Shown one piece after another: positions 58,551 to 64,000 of a DNA stretch of 64,000 bases. Both the position numbers and the translations under genes were made by a program. Source of the stretch: Acidobacteriota bacterium. GTDB lineage: Bacteria; Acidobacteriota; CAIWXX01. Position 1 is the first letter of the stretch. Every line of letters begins with the position of its first letter. The notes under the pieces are model-generated. The model had not been told where the DNA came from and did no database searches. It saw only the letters and a list, made by a program, of their open reading frames with translations. The stretch lies in NCBI GenBank assembly GCA_040755995.1, contig JBFMAF010000010.1, positions 224,001-288,000 on the forward strand, written 5' to 3'.

Positions 58551-60097
58551 CGTGCGCCGCTGCACTCCCTGAAGGCAGCTGGAAGATGCTTCAGCAAATC
58601 GGTCGCCACTAGCGAGATCTCCCCGACATCGCGCGCTGCGAGATCCCCCGCGAGGCCGTGGAGATAGACGCCGAGGTTGACGACACCGGGGAGCGGCAGC
58701 GACTGCGCCATCAGCCCGCCGATCAGTCCAGTCAACACATCGCCGGTGCCGCCCGTGGCCATGCCGGGATTGCCGGTCGGGTTGACGAACACCTGTCCAG
58801 AGGGGGTCGCGATGAGTGTCCGGTAGCCCTTGAGCACGACGTGCAGCCCCAGCTCGATCGCAAGCCGTGAGGCCATATCCACGCGATCCTTGAGTACATC
58901 CGAGATGGAGATGCCGAGCAACCGGGCGAGCTCGCCCGGGTGAGGCGTAGCGATGATGTGCGGCGATCCCACGGCAGCCTGCAGCAGTCCCTGAGCGCCC
59001 GCGAAGCAGTTGACGCCGTCGGCGTCGAGGACGATCGGCTGCCGGCGCGTCCTGATGATTTCGCGAATCGCAATCACGGTAGACGGGTCGGTCGTGACGC
59101 CGGGGCCGACGACCAGCACGTCCTTTTCAGCGGCAAGCTCTTGGATGCGCCTCACGGCTTCCGACGAGATGGTGCCGTTCGGCGTTTCCGCGAGGGGCTC
59201 GGTCATGATCTCTGGAGCGCCGGCTGCCACAATCGGCAGGCAGCTTCTGGGTGTGGCCACGGTAACCAGGCCGGCTCCCGCGCGTAGTGCGGCCATTCCC
59301 GACATGATTGCAGCGCCGGTCTTTCCGATGGAGCCCGCGACGACCAGCGCGTGCCCGAAGTGGCCCTTGTGCGCGTCGCGCCGCCGAGGCGTCAGGATCG
59401 ACGCCGCGGCGGCATCCAGCAGCTCGAGTCGATGCTCGGGGATTTCATGCAGGCGCGGCGGAATGCCGATCGGAGCCACTACGACTTCGCCGCAGTATTC
59501 AGAGGCCGGCGGGAAGACATGGCATATCTTCGGGCACTGCAGAGCCACGGTGAGAGTCGCCCTCACGGTCGGCCCGAGCAGCTCGCCGGTGTCGCTCGAT
59601 AGTCCCGACGGCACGTCGATCGAGACGACTCGCCGCCCGCTGCCGTTGATGTCCTCGATCGCCGTTCCGAAAAGGCCCGACGCGGCGCTCTTGAGCCCCG
59701 TTCCGAAGATAGCGTCGACGACTAGGTCCGCGTCGATGCCGATCCAGTGCCGACGCCAGCTTTCGACGTCGGGTGTCTCCAGAACGTTGATGCCCGCGGC
59801 ACGTGCCATCCGGAGGTTGACGAGTGCATCCCCCTTGATTTCTGCGGCGGTCGCCGGAAGCACTACCCGCACGCGTCCCCCGCGTGTCGCCACATGCCGC
59901 GCGACGGCAAATCCGTCACCCCCGTTGTTGCCTTTGCCGCAGACGACGATGATGCTCCGGGCATCGGCGAAATGCTCTGAGAGCGCGCGGTAGACCTCGA
60001 TGGACGCGTTCTCCATCAGGGTCAGTCCGGTAATACCGAGCCCTTCGATCGCCGCCTTGTCGACGGCCTGCATCTGCGAGGACGTCAGTATCTTCAT
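58547..60097 (-). CDS. nnr: Bifunctional NAD(P)H-hydrate epimerase/dehydratase (YjeF)
   Basis: LMENA, GKGNNGGDG, DAIFGTG, HKGHFG, TPHPGE, MATGGTGDVL, HGLAGD. Confidence 0.96.
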   Translation of the reverse strand: MKILTSSQMQAVDKAAIEGLGITGLTLMENASIEVYRALSEHFADARSIIVVCGKGNNGGDGFAVARHVATRGGRVRVVLPATAAEIKGDALVNLRMARAAGINVLETPDVESWRRHWIGIDADLVVDAIFGTGLKSAASGLFGTAIEDINGSGRRVVSIDVPSGLSSDTGELLGPTVRATLTVALQCPKICHVFPPASEYCGEVVVAPIGIPPRLHEIPEHRLELLDAAAASILTPRRRDAHKGHFGHALVVAGSIGKTGAAIMSGMAALRAGAGLVTVATPRSCLPIVAAGAPEIMTEPLAETPNGTISSEAVRRIQELAAEKDVLVVGPGVTTDPSTVIAIREIIRTRRQPIVLDADGVNCFAGAQGLLQAAVGSPHIIATPHPGELARLLGISISDVLKDRVDMASRLAIELGLHVVLKGYRTLIATPSGQVFVNPTGNPGMATGGTGDVLTGLIGGLMAQSLPLPGVVNLGVYLHGLAGDLAARDVGEISLVATDLLKHLPAAFRECSGAR

Positions 60098-60183
60098 GAT
60101 GTTGCCACGTGCTTGTGTTCGGGCCTAGTCGGGTGCAGTCGTGGGCGTGAACGAAGAACGGGACGGAGGCACGGGATCCACCG

Positions 60184-60639
60184 CTAGGTGGCCTTCTCGG
60201 TCACTTCCTCGAAGCCGATTACCTGCAAGTACTTCTTGCCATCCATCTCCGCCAGATTGGCCTTGACCTTGACGAGCTTGCTGCCGTGGCTGGCCGCCTT
60301 GCAGAGATTCATCATCTCGGTGCCGGTCAGGAGATGGTAGTTCACCTCGCCGCTCTGCAGCACGTGCGTGCACTTCTTCTCGATCTTCAAATCGCACGAA
60401 GCGCAATACAGCTTGCCGGTGATCTCCACCTCCTTCGCCGTCTTCATCATCTCGGCCATGTGTTCGGCGAAGGCCTTGTCCTCGGTCTGCATCGCACAGC
60501 AGTTCGGCATCTCTCCGGATGCCGCCGCACTCTTCATACAGCAGCCCGGCTTATGGGCCGCCATGGGGCACGACGGATTATCCGCGTACACAGCCCATGC
60601 GAGAAGCAGGACTGCCGCAGCTACGAACATGTTCTTCAC
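60184..60639 (-). CDS. Cys/Met/His-rich secreted hypothetical protein (possible metal binder)
   Basis: GAGGAGGT RBS, signal peptide, CPM..GCCM..NCCAM, CASCDLK...C...C. Confidence 0.7.
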   Translation of the reverse strand: MKNMFVAAAVLLLAWAVYADNPSCPMAAHKPGCCMKSAAASGEMPNCCAMQTEDKAFAEHMAEMMKTAKEVEITGKLYCASCDLKIEKKCTHVLQSGEVNYHLLTGTEMMNLCKAASHGSKLVKVKANLAEMDGKKYLQVIGFEEVTEKAT

Positions 60640-60817
60640 GCTCTTACCTCCTCAAAGGATTCGTCGCAAAGCATACTAGATTGTGTCGGATGCGCACAAG
60701 AGCTTCTCGACCACGTGTGAAATCCGCGATCAGAAGGTGAGGCCGTTCGATCCATTGACGCTGCAGATGCCACTTGCCCACCGTTGGCATATCGCGTCGA
60801 GACTTGCACTGCCGCTT

Positions 60818-61735
60818 CTAGCGGCTGCCCTTGTCCTTCCTGAAGTACACGCCCTTGAACGTGTACCAGCTGGGCCGTCGCTCTCCGCCTTCCCGGATCT
60901 GCTCGATGCGCACGTGGATCGCGCCGTCCTCTTCGGTCTCGAAGGTGATCGGCAAGACGCCGCGCATCTCGCGCTCGACGTAGGCGGTTTCGTATCTGGA
61001 CTTCCTGAGATTCCAGGTGAACATGCGGATTCGATCGAAGTCCACATCGATCGAGGTCGGTTTGGCATCTGCGAGCAGCAGCTGCGGATGCTCGCCATCC
61101 TCGCCGGTGATGCGATTGAGCTCGATGCATGCCCCGAGCGCCCGGTCCTCCTGGTACGGTTCGAGCTCCGGGCAAATCCTCGGCTCCACCAGCCATCCGG
61201 CCACCCAGCCTGCATGGCCTTCCGCCGATCGTACCTTCAGGAATGACCCGTTGGCGCGGCTATGGTCGAGGATGTAGACGGTGTCGCCCTTACTGAGGCG
61301 GCGCGGGAACGGAGCGTTCTTGTCGGGCTCCATCCGGAGGTTCGCGTCGCCGTTGAGCGCGCCACGGTACTGAACCTGCGCTTTCGCCGCCTCCTCCGCC
61401 ATCCTCCTCGATCGATCCAGCACCTCCAGAGGGGCCGTCTCCGCCTTCAGCACCCAGCCCTCCTCGTCTCTCCTCGTCCGAACCTTCAGCCACTCGTCCT
61501 TCTCGCTCAGAGCCGTCATCTCTTCGCCGTTCGGAATCTCGCGGATCGGCTTGAAGCCGCTTCGCGCAGACAGCATCAGCCCAGTGGACGGCGTGCAGAC
61601 GAAGACCTCCCATGTGGGGGCCTCGACAGTGCTGGTGCAGCCCACCAGAAGAGCCGTCGTTGTGCAGGCCGCCACGGTTCGAATCAATCGTAGCGCGCTG
61701 CGTGAGACCGATGCATGCCCGCTACCCGCTCTCAT
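60818..61735 (-). CDS. Lipoprotein with two bacterial SH3 domains
   Basis: Lipobox LVGC; WLKVRTRRDEEGWV and FLKVRSAEGHAGWV SH3b-like motifs. Confidence 0.82.
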   Translation of the reverse strand: MRAGSGHASVSRSALRLIRTVAACTTTALLVGCTSTVEAPTWEVFVCTPSTGLMLSARSGFKPIREIPNGEEMTALSEKDEWLKVRTRRDEEGWVLKAETAPLEVLDRSRRMAEEAAKAQVQYRGALNGDANLRMEPDKNAPFPRRLSKGDTVYILDHSRANGSFLKVRSAEGHAGWVAGWLVEPRICPELEPYQEDRALGACIELNRITGEDGEHPQLLLADAKPTSIDVDFDRIRMFTWNLRKSRYETAYVEREMRGVLPITFETEEDGAIHVRIEQIREGGERRPSWYTFKGVYFRKDKGSR

Positions 61736-62513
61736 GAAACACCTCCGGGAACATCCGCTGAAAGTTGCCGGCAGTCGCGGTCGCCACTCGAGCCACGTCG
61801 ATCTTCCGGATGTCGGCCACCGTCTCGGCCACACGCACTACGAACGACGGCTCGTTTCTCTTTCCCCGATGAGGCACCGGTGCCAGATAGGGAGAGTCGG
61901 TTTCCACCAGAATCATCTCCTCGGGAAGCGACGCGACTGCTTCGCGGATCTTCTCAGCCTTCGGAAACGTCACAATGCCAGAGAAAGAGATCATGAACCC
62001 AAGCTCGACCATGCGATTCGCCAGATCGGCGTCTCCTGTGAAGCAATGCATGATTCCATTGAGCCGGCCCGGTCGAAAGTGGCGGGAGAGAATCGAATGC
62101 AGGTCGTCGTCCGATTCGCGCGAGTGGACGATGACCGGCAGGCCGCGATCGTTCGCCATCCGCACCTGCGCCTCGAATGCCGCTCGCTGATCCTCCGGCG
62201 GTGACAGGTTGTAATGGAAGTCCAGTCCGATTTCGCCCCAGGCGATCACCGCGGGGTCCTTCGAAGCTTCCGTCATGAAGGCCGCGACTGAGCGGTCGAA
62301 CAGCCTCGCATTGTGAGGGTGTATCCCCACCGTCGTCCGGATCCAGGGATGAGCCCGCACGAGGTCCAGCGACCTCTGGAAGATCGCAGGCGAGCTGGCA
62401 TCGCCGATCGACACCATCCTCCGAACTCCGGCGCTCTCCGCCCGAGCGATCACCTCGTCGCGATCGGAGTCGAAATCCTCCATGTCGAGGTGGCAGTGCG
62501 AGTCGATGAACAT
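61722..62513 (-). CDS. tatD: TatD family hydrolase/DNase
   Basis: IDSHCHL, GIHPH, GEIGLDF, HSRE, HCFTG, ETDSPYLAPVPHRGKRNEP. Confidence 0.96.
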   Translation of the reverse strand: MFIDSHCHLDMEDFDSDRDEVIARAESAGVRRMVSIGDASSPAIFQRSLDLVRAHPWIRTTVGIHPHNARLFDRSVAAFMTEASKDPAVIAWGEIGLDFHYNLSPPEDQRAAFEAQVRMANDRGLPVIVHSRESDDDLHSILSRHFRPGRLNGIMHCFTGDADLANRMVELGFMISFSGIVTFPKAEKIREAVASLPEEMILVETDSPYLAPVPHRGKRNEPSFVVRVAETVADIRKIDVARVATATAGNFQRMFPEVFHESG

Positions 62514-62520
62514 GATGCCG

Positions 62521-62555
62521 GTTGACAGTTGTCAGTTGTCAGTTGTCGGTTGTCA
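62521..62555. repeat. Heptamer array (GTTGTCA) about x5 immediately upstream of tatD
   Basis: GTTGACA GTTGTCA GTTGTCA GTTGTCG GTTGTCA. Confidence 0.9.
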
Positions 62556-62741
62556 GCCAACCGAGGACGGAATAGACGCTTGTGGTTGACACGACGGGCT
62601 TACCCCCGCGTGCACCAAGACGCCGCAGGTGCAGCGAACGGGTCCCGGCGTCCCAAGGTATCGCCGCCTCAGCGTCGCACGCCAAGGGACGCGGCGAGGC
62701 ATGCTGACTCGGATCTCGCCACCAGCTCGTCTCCAACATAC

Positions 62742-64000
62742 TCACTTCACGAGCGCGCCTGGCGGCGGATCTCCCTCGAAAGTGGCGATCGTCGGCGACC
62801 CGCCGACCGTTGCGGCGAGCAGCATGCCGCGGCTCTCGACACCCCGCAGCATCGCCGGCCGCAGATTCACGACCACAATGATCTTCTTGCCGACCAGCGC
62901 CTGCGGCTCGTAGGCCTCGGCGATGCCCGCCACGATCTGCCTCTTCTCGGTGCCGATGTCGACGACGAGCTTCATCAGCTTCTTGGTCCCCTCGACCCGT
63001 TCGGCCGAAACCACCTGCGCCACCCTCAACTCGACTCTCTGGAACTCCTCGATCGAGATGGGCTCCGTTTCTACCTTCTTCGGTTCTTCCACTTTCTTCA
63101 CCTCTTTCGGCTTGTGGTTTTCGATTCGCGGGAAAAGCGCGGCATGCGAAGGCCGAATCCGGAACTCGCGATCGGGACGGAACTCCCACGGATCTTCCTG
63201 CGGGGCGCCGATCGCATCCGCGATGCTCTGGGCGGCGCCCGGGAGCGCCGGAGCCACCAGCAAAGCAATAGCGCGCAGCCCCTCGGCGCATGTCAGCAGA
63301 ACCCGCAACAACCTGGGCCGCTTGACCGGATCGTCCAGGAGCGTCCAGGGCTCGGATACCGCCACGTATCTGTTCAGGACGTTCACGAACTCCCAGTCCG
63401 CCACCATCGCCCGGCTGGGCGCGTACTCCTCGAATGCCCGAATCGCGTCTTTGCTACATCTGTAGTAATTCGCGCTCACCGCCTGCTCCTCGGCACCCGC
63501 CTCGGCCGCGCCGGCGCTGCTCAACACCAAGGCCGGCTCGCCGGCGGGCGGCAGCGCTCTGGCGAAGAGGCGCTGGATACGGCTGTTGAGATTGCCCAGG
63601 TCGTTGGCCAGGTCGTAGTTGTACCGGTCGACGACGGCCTCCTCGGAGAAGTTGCTGTCGAGGCCGAGGGGGACTTCGCGGAGGAGGAAGTAGCGGAGCG
63701 GGTCCGGGCCGAAGCGATCGATGAGGGGCCCGGGGTTGAAGACGTTGCCCAGCGACTTGGACATCTTCCGGTCGTCCTGCAGCCACCAGCCGTGGGCGAA
63801 GACGGTCTGAGGGAGCGGCAACCCGGCGGACATCAGGAAGGCGGGCCAGTAGACGGCATGGAAGCGGAGGATGTCTTTGCCGACCAGATGGAGTGTGGCC
63901 GGCCAGCGGCGCAAGAACGACTCCTCGTCGGTGCCGTACCCGATCCCGGTCAGGTAGTTGGTCAGGGCGTCGAACCAGACGTAGATCACCTGCTCGGGGT
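62742..64000 (-). CDS. metG: Methionine--tRNA ligase with C-terminal tRNA-binding domain, 5' truncated by window edge
   Basis: YVWFDAL, GKDILRFHAVYWPAFL, KMSKSLGN, LANDLGNL, NLRPAMLRGVESRGMLLA. Confidence 0.97.
   Translation of the reverse strand, partial: PEQVIYVWFDALTNYLTGIGYGTDEESFLRRWPATLHLVGKDILRFHAVYWPAFLMSAGLPLPQTVFAHGWWLQDDRKMSKSLGNVFNPGPLIDRFGPDPLRYFLLREVPLGLDSNFSEEAVVDRYNYDLANDLGNLNSRIQRLFARALPPAGEPALVLSSAGAAEAGAEEQAVSANYYRCSKDAIRAFEEYAPSRAMVADWEFVNVLNRYVAVSEPWTLLDDPVKRPRLLRVLLTCAEGLRAIALLVAPALPGAAQSIADAIGAPQEDPWEFRPDREFRIRPSHAALFPRIENHKPKEVKKVEEPKKVETEPISIEEFQRVELRVAQVVSAERVEGTKKLMKLVVDIGTEKRQIVAGIAEAYEPQALVGKKIIVVVNLRPAMLRGVESRGMLLAATVGGSPTIATFEGDPPPGALVK

Overview
GC-rich bacterial window. 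The gene content is reminiscent of Acidobacteriota, but that is inference only. In order it holds: (1) the end of a MacB-type ABC exporter operon. (2) A ~3-12 kb accessory stretch mixing intact genes (Uma2 nuclease, serine hydrolase, AAA_14/DUF4143 ATPase, GYF-PrsW) with decayed toxin-antitoxin modules and gene scraps. (3) An Rrf2 regulator with a hemerythrin. (4) A polysaccharide locus: B12 radical SAM, four GT4, GT2, Wzx, a WcaJ-type priming transferase and a UDP-GlcA decarboxylase-like enzyme. (5) A Thr-type sulfatase-TPR, GT39, a DUF6569-like lipoprotein and two BNR beta-propellers. (6) The highlight, a tightly coupled 12-gene operon at 35120-47154. It combines a dissociated type II FAS/PKS (dehydratase, KS plus Cys-less KS partner, enlarged ACP, ketoreductase) with two tandem radical SAM enzymes carrying the motif set of archaeal tetraether synthase (Tes/GDGT-MAS), two more radical SAM enzymes, a nitroreductase, a rhodanese-membrane fusion and an alpha/beta hydrolase. 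It is a candidate pathway for a C-C cross-linked, cyclised or sulfur-modified lipid. (7) A CocE hydrolase, an Rrf2-Mrp-DUF971 Fe-S operon, pdxR-pdxS-pdxT and a GDPD. (8) A minus-strand housekeeping run: metG, tatD, SH3 lipoprotein, nnr, tsaE. No rRNA, tRNA, CRISPR array or intact transposase was recognised. All family calls come from motif recognition by eye, not database searches.
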